Shown here one piece after another: positions 1 through 13,589 of a stretch of 64,000 nt of DNA. The stretch comes from Octopus vulgaris (lineage: Eukaryota). Position 1 is the first letter of the stretch; each line of letters opens with the position of its first letter. The notes under the pieces are model-generated. The model was not told where the DNA came from and made no database searches. It saw only the letters and a program-made list of their open reading frames with translations. The DNA lies in the NCBI GenBank assembly GCA_951406725.2, contig OX597825.1:21452001-21516000 (forward strand), written 5' to 3'. The position numbers were made by a program, and so were the translations under genes.

Positions 1-221
1 TTCTCGAAGCTCAGAACATATAGCGATAAAAAAATATTTACATGCTATTATTTGTAGCTGTATGTTTTGAGCTTCGAGGACCACTATTCCTACAGAGAAA
101 TGTTTTACGTTCTGTCGAAATTTTAGAAAATTCTTATGACGTCAATATTATGCATGTATGTATGTGTGAATGTATGTGCATGTGTATGTGTGTATTTATG
201 TGCGTATGCATGTATGTTTAC

Positions 222-619
222 TGGCTGTGTGGTAAGTAGCTTGCTTACCAACCACATGGTTCCGGGTTCAGTCCCACTGCGTGGCACCTTGGGCAAGTGT
301 CTTCTACTATAGCCTCGGGCCGATCAAAGCCTTGTGAGTGGATTTGGTAGACGGAAACTGAAAGAAGCCCGTCGTATATATGTATATATATTTGTATGTG
401 TGTGTATATGTTTGTGTGTCTGTTTGTCCCCCTAGCATTGCTTGACAACCGATGCCGGTGTGTTTATATCCCCGTCACTTAGCGGTTCGGCAAAAGCGAC
501 CGATAGAATAAGTACTGGGCTTACAAAGAATAAGTCCCGGGTCGAGTTGCTCGACTAAAGGCGGTGCTCCAGCATGGCCGCAGTCAACTGACTGAAACAA
601 GTAAAGGAGTAAAAGAGTA
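222..619 (+). mobile_element. tRNA-derived SINE family A (about 390 bp, internal TA/TG microsatellite)
   Basis: Head GGCTGTGTGGTAAG...GGTTCAGTCCC (A/B-box-like), body, and a GAAACAAGTAAAAGAGT-type tail; many near-identical copies in the window. Confidence 0.85.
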
Positions 620-621
620 TA

Positions 622-652
<31 letters not shown>

Positions 653-1132
653 CTGCTTGCATGTATGTATATATGTATGTATGTATATATGCATATATGT
701 GTGTGTATATGTATGCAAGCATGCTTTTCGTGTGTCTATGTGTATGTGTGTGTGCGTGCGTGTGTGTGTGTATGCGTATGCAAGGTCAGATTAAGCATGC
801 TAATTAAGACCTCTGTACATTTGAAATGAACAAAAGACCGCAGAGAAAAATACACAAGAGATTAATGCATTATTTATAATATAATTAACATTATTTATAA
901 TCTAATTACGGCAGATATACATAAATAAATAAAACAAACAAAACAACGTTGTAAGTCCTTCAAAATAAATAATACAAAAACAACAACGACGATGACAACA
1001 ACAAAAACACAAAAACACAAAAACAAACAATTCTTGAAATTGTTTAGGATTTCTATTTTTACCATTTTTAATCTGAGTCAACGACATTCTTTCTTTTCCG
1101 TCTCTGCGTGTAGGTGTATCAAAATGAAGATA

Positions 1133-1227
<95 letters not shown>

Positions 1228-1438
1228 TTATTTATATGTCTGCCTGTCTATCTATCTATCCGTCTGTCTGTTTATCTATCCGTCTGTCTGTGTGTCTATC
1301 TTCATACATACACTATACACACGCACACATGCATAATATATGTATGTGATGCGTCACACATACACTTGTATTCAGGTTATATATAACACACACACAGACA
1401 CACACACACAAAACACAGGGACATACATAACTATATAC

Positions 1439-1476
<38 letters not shown>

Positions 1477-1547
1477 ACGTCTATCTCTCTATTATCTATC
1501 TACGCATAGATATACATATATAGGCATATATACATACATACAGGTGT

Positions 1548-1606
<59 letters not shown>

Positions 1607-1621
1607 CATACATATGTATAC

Positions 1622-1663
<42 letters not shown>

Positions 1664-2391
1664 ATATATATGTATATGTGTACATGCATACACACACACA
1701 CACACACACACATACGCTCGCGTGCGCACATATGTACCTGAAATTTTGGTGTATCTGTTTGTTTATTCTTTATTGTCGGGCTGCAGACATTTCTCACCGT
1801 CCTTTATTTAAACTAGTAAAGAAAGTTAAATATAGATAAATTGAATGATGTTACAAATAAAACGGTACGTGCATAAATACACAGAAGCGTACATAAATAA
1901 ACGTTATGAGTACAGAGGCTAGTTTTAAAACATACATAGCTATACAGGTACAATGTTTCACGCAGGTATATAAACGTACATGTATAGAAATCATTCGCCG
2001 TTTTCGACGATGATTATCCGGTTTATTATTATTTTTTTTGTTTTTGCACGTAACGATCGACGTGTTAAATTAGTAGATAAGAAGCTCTCCAATCTAGTTA
2101 CACGTGTAATTGTATCGTAATTCTACGATCGAATTTGCATAACAAAATGTGTGGTATACGAGGAGCTTACATCAAATTTACTTTTAAGCAATTTCACTAA
2201 CAGGACTCTATGGTGAAAGATATTCAAATAAAATGCCACTCAAGGCAATCGGGCTCAGAATCTCATAATTAGGAAGTGAACTGCTTAATCAGCCATGTGT
2301 AATGTCTGAAGTTATTCGATGACCACTAAACTTATTGCATGGATTGAATAAATAGCACACGTTCACTGAAATGTGCGTAACATTGACTTCT

Positions 2392-2458
<67 letters not shown>

Positions 2459-2459
<1 letters not shown>

Positions 2460-2531
2460 AAGGAAAAAAGCAACAAGAATGGATCAAAATATCGGTACAA
2501 TATTTGATCCATTCTTGTTGCTTTTTTCCTA
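2459..2531. repeat. short fold-back (about 28-bp arms) next to (TA)n
   Basis: aggaaaaaagcaacaagaatggatcaaa ... tttgatccattcttgttgcttttttcct. Confidence 0.8.
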
Positions 2532-2649
2532 TTTGTAATCACCCCACTTGTCGTATGGTTTACACCATATAGATTTCCGGTGCATCCTAGTTAAGGACCA
2601 TATACATGTGAATTCATTAGAACTCACTTGAATCTCAATTACTTAAACC

Positions 2650-2704
<55 letters not shown>

Positions 2705-2778
2705 GGAAAATGTGTTGTTGAAAATGCACCTAAATTTCAAAAACTCGTAAATGTTTAAAATACATTTATTTACATATA

Positions 2779-2820
2779 TACCAAACTAGTTTCAACTATA
2801 TTTTCTGCTTATCAATGGTA
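2779..2820 (-). ncRNA. type-I hammerhead-like motif, U3-A8 core variant (weak stem II)
   Basis: Minus strand: TACCA-TTGATAA-gcagaaaatatagtt-GAA-ACTAGT-T-TGGTA; stem I 5 bp, palindromic stem III. Confidence 0.5.
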
Positions 2821-3615
2821 AAAGTTTAAAATTAGAAAAACAACTTTAAAAGTTTCAATGTCGACAAATTAAAATGTTTCAACGTTGATAAATTAACATG
2901 TTCAGAAAAGATGGTATAAGTTTGAATGTTACTAGCAGTCAATAAAATTAAAACTGTATATCAATTTGTTTGAATGTACAAAGTTCAGTAATATTTGTCG
3001 TGGTCGACTAGTCATACTGAAAAAACAAGCGAGAAATGAAAATAGTAAAAAAATGGGAATTTGGTTTACAGGTTCTCTGATCCTCTTCTAATAGATGCTT
3101 TCGCTTGTAGTGATATGTTTTGGGGTCAGACGAATTTATAATTTTTTTCCCGCGAGCGGTTCTGATTTTTGATTAGTTAGAATACTGGTGACGTTTTTTT
3201 TCCGTGGTGAAGTTTGTCGTTCTGCTTGGTTGGTTTCCCTGTGGATACGGTCATAAGTCTGTTGGCTGGTTCTCTTAAAGGGTCATTTCGTTGTATTCAC
3301 TGAAGTTCGGTTTTGATTGGTTTTATATATATATATAAAGTAAAGAAAGTATCAAAATAGTGATAGAGCATTTAATAAAAAATTATTATCTGCAAAAATC
3401 AAACATTTAGTCCCTTACAGCTGTTTCAGTTCAGCCTAAAAAATTAAATAACAATTATTAAAATCATTATATTGGGTAAAATCTGTTCAGAAAGGAAGAA
3501 AAAAGTTATACTGTTAGCTTTTTAATGTGTTGTATCTTAAAATCATTGCAGCAGACTGAGAATTTCGCTCTTTGTGCTAACGATTCTGCCAGCTCGCCGA
3601 CTTCTTAATGTTAAT

Positions 3616-3671
<56 letters not shown>

Positions 3672-3982
3672 CAATAATAATACTCTTGTGTTTTCTCCGT
3701 TACAATAGGAATGAGAAAGGAAAGGGTGATAGATAAATAAGGAAGGAAGGGGTAATGGAAAACTTGCAGTGGGAGCGTTCCAACTCTGTGTCAGTATATG
3801 TGTGTGTATGTAAAAGGGAGGTATATGAATGTTTGTGTGTGTGTTTTTGTGGAATGGAAGTGGGACGGTGAACATTCAACGCCGAAAAGAAAAATCAAAC
3901 GGCGTTTCAACTATAAAATGCTACAACTAGCTGTCATCTTCGATGGCACGGGGCCAACTAGTAATAATAATTATTTTTCCAG

Positions 3983-4390
3983 TTTTTCGACTAAGGACGA
4001 ATTAGATTAAGCTGATGTGTGTGGAATAAGGCTTTACTTTCACACAGGCCAACTTAATTTAATTCGTCCTTAGTCGAAAGACACCTGTTGTTATATCTTC
4101 TTATTTGTATTTGTGTAACATTCTCCGTTTTTTTCCGTCCTTGTTTTCGTATACATTCGCTGCTTTCTTCCAAGGAATCTAATGTTCTTAGCTTAGTTTT
4201 TCCTTGGAGCTGGCCAGATTGGGGCAATCTCGAGTATAACCAGCCGAAATTGCAAAGAAAATCTGGAACTCGACTGAGGAAAGAAAACTCCGATTGACCC
4301 GTCGTTGTTTTCTTTGCATCGTCAATCTGGATGTTTTGTTGTCCCTATCTTGTATCACCTAACTGTCTGGATGTTTTGCGTTCTTCTCCC
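3983..4390. mobile_element. TE fragment with an internal hairpin (3983-4080)
   Basis: ttcgactaaggacgaatta ... taattcgtccttagtcgaa inverted repeat; the segment ends in a TG/TA tract. Confidence 0.45.
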
Positions 4391-4392
4391 AT

Positions 4393-4454
<62 letters not shown>

Positions 4455-4459
4455 GTATG

Positions 4460-4490
<31 letters not shown>

Positions 4491-4507
4491 GTATATATAT
4501 GTATATA

Positions 4508-4581
<74 letters not shown>

Positions 4582-4715
4582 ATTATATATATATTATTTG
4601 TGGGTTAACAAAAATATCTATCCACAAATGTTCTGTTGAGAGTCATTGTCACTCTTCTATATTAACGTGTCTCTCTCTCTCTGTTTCTTTCTCTCTCACC
4701 CTCTCTCTCTTTATA

Positions 4716-4776
<61 letters not shown>

Positions 4777-4809
4777 GTTATAAAAATGTTTTTTTCTTTT
4801 CTTATTCAG

Positions 4810-4848
4810 TAATTTCAAATGAACCATTTTGGAAACATGACAAAGCAG
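4810..4848 (+). CDS. chrd: chordin micro-exon (linker before CHRD1): (x)[12 protein letters not shown]
   Basis: Strong acceptor tttttcttttcttattcag and donor gtatgt; 39 nt, phase 1/1, joins in frame (G+AG=E) to the next exon. No domain homology supports it independently. Confidence 0.6.
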
Positions 4849-5559
4849 GTATGTTGAACTTTTCACTTTTTATCTAAACAAGAGAATACGTTTTGTAATG
4901 TACCATCCAACTTGATCTCTTGTACTTATTTTACTACTGAATAAGACCGATGGTGTCTTTCTTCGTCGCGTAGCGGACGAATAGATTACATAAATAAACT
5001 ATGTAAATATTTTTATAATTTATTTAGAATAAATCCTGTCATTTAAAGCATCGCAAGTGTTGCAAGTTAGAAACCCAAAATATTCTCGACTTTTGTATAC
5101 TGAGTAAAGAAAACTGAAAGCTAAATAGAATATAAACAGATACAATTGAATAGATACGTGGAATTGTTGAATAAGAAGAACTTTACAATGTTTCGAATAA
5201 AAACGTTAGTTTTTGTTTGTATGAAGTAGTTTCGTCACAGAGCAACTCGGATTTAGAAGAGGGGAAGGTACTTGAGAAACGTTGCTGACGGCCCAGTTTC
5301 AATTTCCGGTTGAATATATTTTAAACATTTTAAGCATAAATTCTTTGGGTATGATTTGAATGTTTTAACTCTTATTTAATTTCGTCCCACAAACCATTGT
5401 GTGTACCTTTACGTTGTTATTTAATTTACTAGTAAAAGTAGTCAAATCATCCGTAAATTAAATGCTACCCTCTTGAAAATGAAGTAGATATCTCATTGAA
5501 TAATGTGTGCAGGATACGATATCTTAATGTATCCGTCTTCACTTGGGCCCTCACTTTCT

Positions 5560-5725
5560 GAGAGTGCGGTATGTCTTGGCCGTTTTGTGTTCAAATTCTT
5601 CCGAGGTCGACTTTGCCCTTCAGCCTTCCGGGGTCGATAAAATAGGTACCAATTGATCACAGGGATCGATGTAATCGACTTACCCCTCCCTTGAAATTTC
5701 TGGCCTTGTGCCAAAATATGAAACT
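5560..5725 (+). mobile_element. SINE family B, degenerate
   Basis: gttcaaattcttccgaggtcgactttgccc...ggggtcgataa...gtacc core shared with other family B copies. Confidence 0.7.
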
Positions 5726-5964
5726 AATATTTGGTGGTATAAAAGTCGCACTTGCTTAGTATACGAACCTCAATTTCAGCTGCCCATATTCAGGCAAAAA
5801 TAGCTCTTAGTGAAATAAAGTTTATAGGAGGACCAACTTCGCATATAAGGGTGAGGGTGAGGCATTTTTTTTAGCAAAATGTGCGTCTAATACGAATATT
5901 TTAAGCCTGATAGATTCTATCCCACTCAAAATCTAACCATATATATTAGTACGTACTGTCTCGA

Positions 5965-6190
5965 GCCATTGGGCTCATAGAGCTGGTTACACGGTTTCTA
6001 TGGCGTTAAAGTGACCGAGATCACAACGTCCCTCCTGAACGGGAGGCCTTTGCGTTGCAGGTTTTCTCAGTTACTACTGAATGGAGAGGAGCAACGTGAA
6101 ATGAAGTGTCTTGCTCAAGAACACAATGCATCTCCCGCTCCGGAAATCGAAGTGCCACACCTTAAACTCTAGGCGATGCACCTTCACTAA
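5965..6190 (-). mobile_element. SINE family C, degenerate
   Basis: Shares gagcaacgtgaaatgaagtgtcttgctcaag with the copy at 16325-16640. Confidence 0.6.
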
Positions 6191-6546
6191 CATAAAAATT
6201 GGAGTCGAATAAATAGGTTCAGGTGTGGCTATGTGCTTCAGTCTCACTGCGTGACACCTTGAGCAAGTTTCTTCTCCTATATCCTTGGGACGACGAAAGC
6301 CTTGTGAGTGGATTTGGTTGACGGAAACTGAAACCTACCCCCTCCTCGAACTCTCTGGTCTTGTGCCAAAATTTGAAAGCAATGTAAACATTTATTAATT
6401 CTGTTATTTCTCTATACAAGCATTCAGCACTCATATCGTAAGATCGAGTCTTCATAACGGCATTATCCCAGTTTGTGAGGAAAACTTTCCAATCGAGAGA
6501 TAACAATAGTTTCACCGAATTTAAAATTTAAAATTTTATATTTCAG

Positions 6547-6664
6547 AGTTCACAGCCCTTCTGGTTGGGTCCACCATCAGTAAACCAGTCCACACCAATA
6601 ATGTGGCAATAGCAGATATTAGGGTCTATGACTCCACACTCTATTATTCTATTCGACACACAAG
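6547..6664 (+). CDS. chrd: chordin exon, start of CHRD1: EFTALLVGSTISKPVHTNNVAIADIRVYDSTLYYSIRHTR
   Basis: ttttatatttcag / gtaaat; 118 nt, phase 1/2; resembles chordin DFVALLTG...SLRFSISYRR. Confidence 0.88.
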
Positions 6665-6868
6665 GTAAATATAGCAACGATTTAATGTTCATCCTACACA
6701 TTTCTTTTAACATACGTGCAGACATGGCTGTGAGGATAAGAGGCTCGCTGTGTAACTTCGTGGCTTCGAGTTCGGTTCCACTCGGGCAAGTATCTTCTAC
6801 TATAGCTCCGAACTGACCAATACCTTGAGGGAATTTGGCAGAGGGAAAATGTGGAAGCCCATCGTACA

Positions 6869-6921
<53 letters not shown>

Positions 6922-6982
6922 AGATATATCTATTTGTCTGTATGTGTATTTGTCTGTCTTCTCATCTATCTATGTATCTTTG

Positions 6983-7057
<75 letters not shown>

Positions 7058-7213
7058 GCGTGTACGTATGTGTATGCTCTTATGCATGTGTGTGATGTTA
7101 CAACGAGAGATGACTAACCTTAAACACACTTCATGAGAAAATGTTTGTTGGTGCCCTAACAGCCAACAGCCCAAATAGCTCTGAGATCACGTTAAGAACG
7201 AATAATTCAAATG

Positions 7214-7318
<105 letters not shown>

Positions 7319-7388
7319 CGTGTGTACTATTGCCCATATTAAATGATTAAAATAACATTAATCGTGGTTAAACTTTATTTATTGCTAG

Positions 7389-7476
7389 ACTAAAACAGCT
7401 GGAGAAGTTGCTATTCGTTCTGGATCAAGGAAATATTATACATCAAATACATATTACAGCACCATTACAATCTAAG
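7389..7476 (+). CDS. chrd: chordin exon (CHRD1): LKQLEKLLFVLDQGNIIHQIHITAPLQSK
   Basis: ttattgctag / gtaagc; 88 nt, phase 2/0, bridges the flanking exons in frame. Confidence 0.82.
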
Positions 7477-7625
7477 GTAAGCTTGGCATTCTCTCTCTCT
7501 CTCTCTTTCTCTCCCTCCCCCTCTCTCTCTGTACATGTGTGTGTATATAACGCACGCACTTAATTATGGCTTGTATATAGGTATTAAGTTTGTATGCATG
7601 TATGTTTATGCCTATATATATGCAT

Positions 7626-7679
<54 letters not shown>

Positions 7680-7715
7680 AATTATACGTAATACTATAAT
7701 ACTAGATAAAACTAC

Positions 7716-7758
<43 letters not shown>

Positions 7759-7964
7759 GTTGTCTGGGAAATTTTCTTATTGTAGAGAAATAGCTAGATT
7801 TGGCTGCTATTTCTAAATTTCGGCATGTGGTGAAGCAAATTTTTTGCTGAACCCTAATTATAATTATACTCATAATTAAAAAATTTTTTATGTACATACA
7901 TATACATATATATATATACACACATACATACATATATATATATATATATTTATATTCATATATA

Positions 7965-8200
7965 TATATTTATTTCTTGATTGCCCACAGGGGGCTAAAG
8001 ATAGAGGGGACAAACAAGGACAGACAATGGGTTTCAATCGATTACATCGACCCCAGTGCGTAACAGGTACTTATTTAATTGGCCCCGAAAAGATGAAAGG
8101 CAAAGTCGACCTCAGCGGAATTTGAACTCGGAACGTAACGCTTGACAATATACCACTTAGCATTTCGCCCGGCGTGCTAACGATTCTGCCAGCTCGCCGC
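7965..8200 (-). mobile_element. SINE family B, near full length
   Basis: Reverse complement begins GGCGGCGAGCTGGCAGAATCGTTAGCACGCCGGGCG and ends with AATCAAGAAAT. Confidence 0.85.
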
Positions 8201-8509
8201 CCTACATGCTTATATGCTCTTACTAAGGGTCTTCTGTAATCCGTCTAGCACCGAAAAGGAAGTTACAACTGAGCCATACCATTAATCACTGTACACCTTC
8301 ACGAATATGTATGTATGTATGTCAGTGTGTCCGTACGTATGTTTGTGCGCATGCATGAAGGCTTGTGTGTGTGTGTGTGTGTGTGTGTTTAAGTGTGGGA
8401 AATTTTATTTCCGAAAGTTTCGTTGTCCGTGTCCTTTAGTCCGGTAAATCAATAATTTAAGATATTCCAGATGTAATCGTTCTATTTTTTATTATCATTT
8501 TTCATTAGC

Positions 8510-9085
<576 letters not shown>

Positions 9086-10047
9086 AAAAAAAAGAGCGAG
9101 AATACCTAGGACTACATTAACCAATAGGAACGCGGCGCACATATCTTTGCAATACTATACCATCCTATCATATTTTTCTGGCAGAATCGTTAGGAAGTCG
9201 GTTGAGCTTCTTACCGACATTTCTTTCAGCTTATTTTGCGTTCTGAGTTCAAACCCTGCCGAGGTCAACTTTGAACTATTATCCTTTCGGTCTCGAAAAA
9301 AACATACCAGTGAAGCACAGGGTTCGACGTAATCGAAACGTTCTCTCCACTCAAATATTGATGGGTTTGAATACCGGCTGACAACCGGTGTTGGTTTTTT
9401 TTACGTACCTATAACTTAACGGTTCGACAAAAATTGACTGATAGAATACGACTTAAAAATAATAAGTACTGAGATCGATCCGTTATACTCTTGGGGGTGG
9501 TGCCCCACTATGACCGAAGTTCTGTGAGAGAAACATAGCAGAAGGTAAAAGATAGCATTTATTTGTTCGGCGTAGATTAACTACAGCGAATAAAAGCGAA
9601 GTCTGAAGAAAAGGTTCAACAACGAACGAAATAATAGTTTTATGACGCCTGCGACTATCCCCATTGGAATCTGAGGTTTCATGTCTAATGAAGAAATCAT
9701 AACAGTGTGACAAGAGCAAACTGCTTAAAGAGGTGTGGATTGTTGGATACTAGGAGGAAAAGGGGACAGAAAGGTGTGTAATTTTGGCTATTTTGAAGGA
9801 GCGGCTGGCGGTGGTAGCAAGGTTGTATCACGCAGCAGGGGTCCAGCTGCCGATAGTCTGGTTGCATATCAACTTCCCAAGATTATTTAACATTCTTTCT
9901 TCCGATATTTCATTTGACATTTCACTCAGCTTATTATGGAGTATATGGATACACGAATAAAAACATAGCATACACGGAGAACCACTAACTCGCAAAACAT
10001 TCATTATATATGTATGTATATATATGTGTGTGTATATATATATATAT

Positions 10048-10089
<42 letters not shown>

Positions 10090-10090
10090 C

Positions 10091-10386
10091 AATTGCAGCG
10101 TGGAAGGTGTTTGTAAGCCATTTAAGAAACACACAAAAGCCGTTCGATTCACTTCAACATTTAAGTTTAATTTGTCAAAATATTTTCGTCGCTTTAAGAC
10201 CGCGACCTGTTCACTGACAAAAATCCATGCTGCAAATCCGAGATGCAGCACGGATTTTTGTCAGTGAACAGGTCGTGGATTTTAGCGACGAAAATATTTT
10301 GACAAATTAAACTTAAATGTTGAAGTGAATCGAACGGCTATTGTGTGTTTCTTAAATGGCTTACAAACACCTTCCACGCTGCAATT
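10091..10386. repeat. near-perfect palindrome (about 143-bp arms, 9-nt loop); each arm carries a hammerhead-like motif
   Basis: aattgcagcgtggaagg...atgctgca [aatccgaga] tgcagcac...ccttccacgctgcaatt; (TA)n lies directly upstream and about 60 bp downstream. Confidence 0.95.
10171..10221 (-). ncRNA. type-I hammerhead-like motif, G3-C8 core variant (mirror copy 10257-10306 on +)
   Basis: TTTGTCA-GTGAACA-G-GTCGC-ggtcttaaa-GCGAC-GAA-AATATT-T-TGACAAA; stem I 7 bp, stem II 5 bp, palindromic stem III. Confidence 0.65.
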
Positions 10387-10444
10387 ATTTTCGTTCCAGC
10401 ACGCGATCTCAGATCAAATCACTTGCTATGCGAGTACATCTCCG

Positions 10445-10547
<103 letters not shown>

Positions 10548-10551
10548 TATG

Positions 10552-10940
10552 CGCAGGCATTGCTGTGTGGTAAGGAATTTGCTTCCCAACCACATGGCTC
10601 TGGGTTCAATCTCACTGCGTGGGACCTCGGGCAGGTCTTTTTCTATAGCCACGATCCGACTCGTGAGTGGATTTGGTAGATAGAAATTGAAAGAAGTCTA
10701 TCGTATATATGTATTTATGTGTGTGCGTGCGTGTGCGTATGTGTTTGTTCTATAATCACCGTTTGACAAGCCATGTTGGTATGTTTCTATCCCCGTAACT
10801 TAGCGGTTCGGCAAAAGTGTTCGATAGAGTAAGTACCGGGCTTAAAAATGTACTGCGGTGGATTCATTTGGCTAAATGTTTTCCAAGGCGGTGCTCCAGC
10901 ATGGCCACAGTCTAATACTGAAACAAGTAAAAAATAAAAA
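10552..10940 (+). mobile_element. SINE family A
   Basis: Diverged full-length copy. Confidence 0.8.
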
Positions 10941-11733
10941 ATATATATATAAGTGTGTGTATGTGTGTGTGGATGTGTGCGCGCGTACACAGACACACGC
11001 GCACACAGACACGCAGCCTCTAAACAGCTACATTCGTTATTTCCAAGTTGTCGCGTTATAGCAACGTTATCGCCATGTTATAAAGCAATGTTGAGTTTTC
11101 GCGTAAACTTGCTTAATATGTCACACTGTTTTCACATTAACAAGGACTTAAAACAGTTTAGAACCTATTTAAAACCCAGCAATTTATTGATATTTTACGA
11201 TTGAAATCGCACCATTACAATTTCTCATTAAATCTCATGCATTGTAGGTGTTTTTTTCTTTGTTTTCTGTTCACAATTTCTTTTATTTAATAATTTTTAT
11301 TTCCCTTATTGCTGTTCTTGATGTTCTCTTTCTTTTCTGTATATCCTCTCGTTACTGTTTTCTCTTTCATGCTGTTTATCACCCTGTCTATGTCTGTCTG
11401 TCTGTCTGTCTGTCTTTCAATCTCTGCCCACGTGTGTGTATGCGCGTGTGTGTAAATGCTTAAGAAAGCGTGTATATACATATGCATGGGCCAAGTAGAT
11501 GCTTGTTAATAAAAAAAAATTAAACAAATATGAACGCACTCATTTTATTACGGCAGGTAGATTAAGTCATACACACACGCACTCACAAGGATACCTGTCT
11601 GTCTGTCCGTCCGTCCGTCTGTTTATCTATCTATCTATCTACCTATCTATCTATCTATCTATATACCCGTATATCTGTGTGTGATCAAATATTCATATAT
11701 ACACACACACATATATATATATATATGTATGTA

Positions 11734-12118
11734 TCTCTCTATATATAAACGGCAGTTTGTCTGTGCGTGTTTCTGTGTGTCTGTTTGCTTGTACCCTCAC
11801 CCTGACCACGGCTTCCAACCGATTCGGATGAAACTTGACACACACATAGCCCAATGTCATAATTCAAAACTAACGCAGCCAAAATTTTGAAAAGTTCCCC
11901 CAGTTCTGAAAAAAATCGATAAATTCGACATGGGGTCGAGAATCAGAAACACGAACCACAAACTGTCTAGGGGACGCAACTCCATCCTTTTTTAACTCTC
12001 AAAAAAAATTTACCATCATTTTTTTCCATTTGTTTGCTATTTTTTGGCTATAACTCTCTAAAAATGCTTTATAGTTATTTCCCTTACAAACCTGAGCAAC
12101 GCCGGGCGATACTGCTAG
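11734..12118 (+). mobile_element. non-autonomous Helitron
   Basis: Inserted between A and T; 5' TCTCTCTATATATAAA; subterminal GC-rich hairpin-like cctgagcaacgccggg; 3' CTAG; no TSD. Confidence 0.8.
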
Positions 12119-12210
12119 TAATAAAATAAAAAGAGTAGAAATTGATGTTAATCAATTAAAACTAGTGCCTTAGCATTTTTAAAAATCCGAAGATTAAAAA
12201 TTATGTTACA

Positions 12211-12450
12211 TACAAAATTAAGAGGAATGACCACTAAAGTGGACACCCTGTATGCTAAACATAGACGTCAAATCGCTATTACCACGAAGAATGTGTTCTC
12301 AAGAAAAAAATCTCCGCAAAACGCCAAAATGTAAAAATGTACATTTTTACATTTTTTCTTGAGAACACATTCTTCGTGGAAATGGCGATTGGACGTCTAT
12401 GTTTAGCATACAGTATGTCCACTTTAGTGGTCATTCCTCTTAATTTTGTA
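12211..12450. repeat. fold-back of a dispersed repeat (about 95-bp arms)
   Basis: tacaaaattaagaggaatgaccactaaagtggaca...tgtccactttagtggtcattcctcttaattttgta; related sequence at about 15005-15180 (+); 12125-12214 recurs at about 50080-50180 (-). Confidence 0.85.
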
Positions 12451-12628
12451 TATATTTATATATATATATATATAAACACAAAGGAATTATTTTGGTTTGA
12501 AAACCCCACTAGAATGGGAGAAAGCGCTAATGATCTAAGTGATATGATATATATGTAAAAAATGTAATATATAAATAAATATCTGTAAATATAAACCATC
12601 CGATCTTCTGATTACTTCATTTCTTCTA

Positions 12629-12666
<38 letters not shown>

Positions 12667-12736
12667 TGCAAATAAATTCCAACTACGAGGACAATGAATC
12701 GCCAACTAAATAACTAGAATAATAATGATGATGATG

Positions 12737-12797
<61 letters not shown>

Positions 12798-12875
12798 TAA
12801 TAATAATGATATTCCTTAAACGTTGTTTCACATCTTTTTCAGGTGTGTTGGGGCAAATGTACCTCTTTACCACAG

Positions 12876-13017
12876 GTATGCGGTGTGTGGAGGAAAGTAC
12901 CTGTCCTGTATCAGCAGTACCTGTGGGACAAACGTGTGTCGATCGTCTTGACGACAGCGCCTCATCCAGACGGCGAAGTCAAAGGCCGAGTTATAACAAC
13001 CAATGATAAACATAAAG
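12876..13017 (+). CDS. chrd: chordin exon (end of CHRD1): VCGVWRKVPVLYQQYLWDKRVSIVLTTAPHPDGEVKGRVITTNDKHK
   Basis: ctctttaccacag / gtgagc; 142 nt, phase 0/1; hallmark VCGVWR.VP and HP.GEV.G. An alternative in-frame start exists at 12843. Confidence 0.93.
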
Positions 13018-13390
13018 GTGAGCAATAGCTTCTTATATGTTGTGCTTTTGCCTGAATTTGTTGTCTAAAGTTTTCTATTGCTTAAATTGATTCTTCGTCT
13101 TTTTATGCTTTATTTCACACGATATATCTGTAATTGCTGCTGCTGTTTTTGTTGCTTTTATCTGGAGTTTCTTACACTTATAAAGCTTTCGGATACAGTG
13201 GGCAAGTGGTGATTTTTACTCTATAAATGTTTGAAGAATTAAGTATCAAAAAGCTAAAAACAAAGCCAAGAATAGCAATAAATAACTCATTAAAGAAAAG
13301 GTGGAAAGTATTACTACATACATAGAGAGAGCATAGAGACATATATACGTATATTTATATATATATCCCATTTACACATGTATTCATATA

Positions 13391-13433
<43 letters not shown>

Positions 13434-13544
13434 GTATACATGTACACAAACATGTACATATGTATATGTGAATACTTATATATGTATGTGTGTATGTATG
13501 TATGTATGTATGTATGTATGTATGTATGTATGTGTGTAGGTATG

Positions 13545-13575
<31 letters not shown>

Positions 13576-13589
13576 GTATGTATGTATGT

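Noticed and set aside
4195-4265. Hammerhead-like CCAGCC-GAAATTGCAAA
   Set aside because: No recognisable NUGANNA core upstream.
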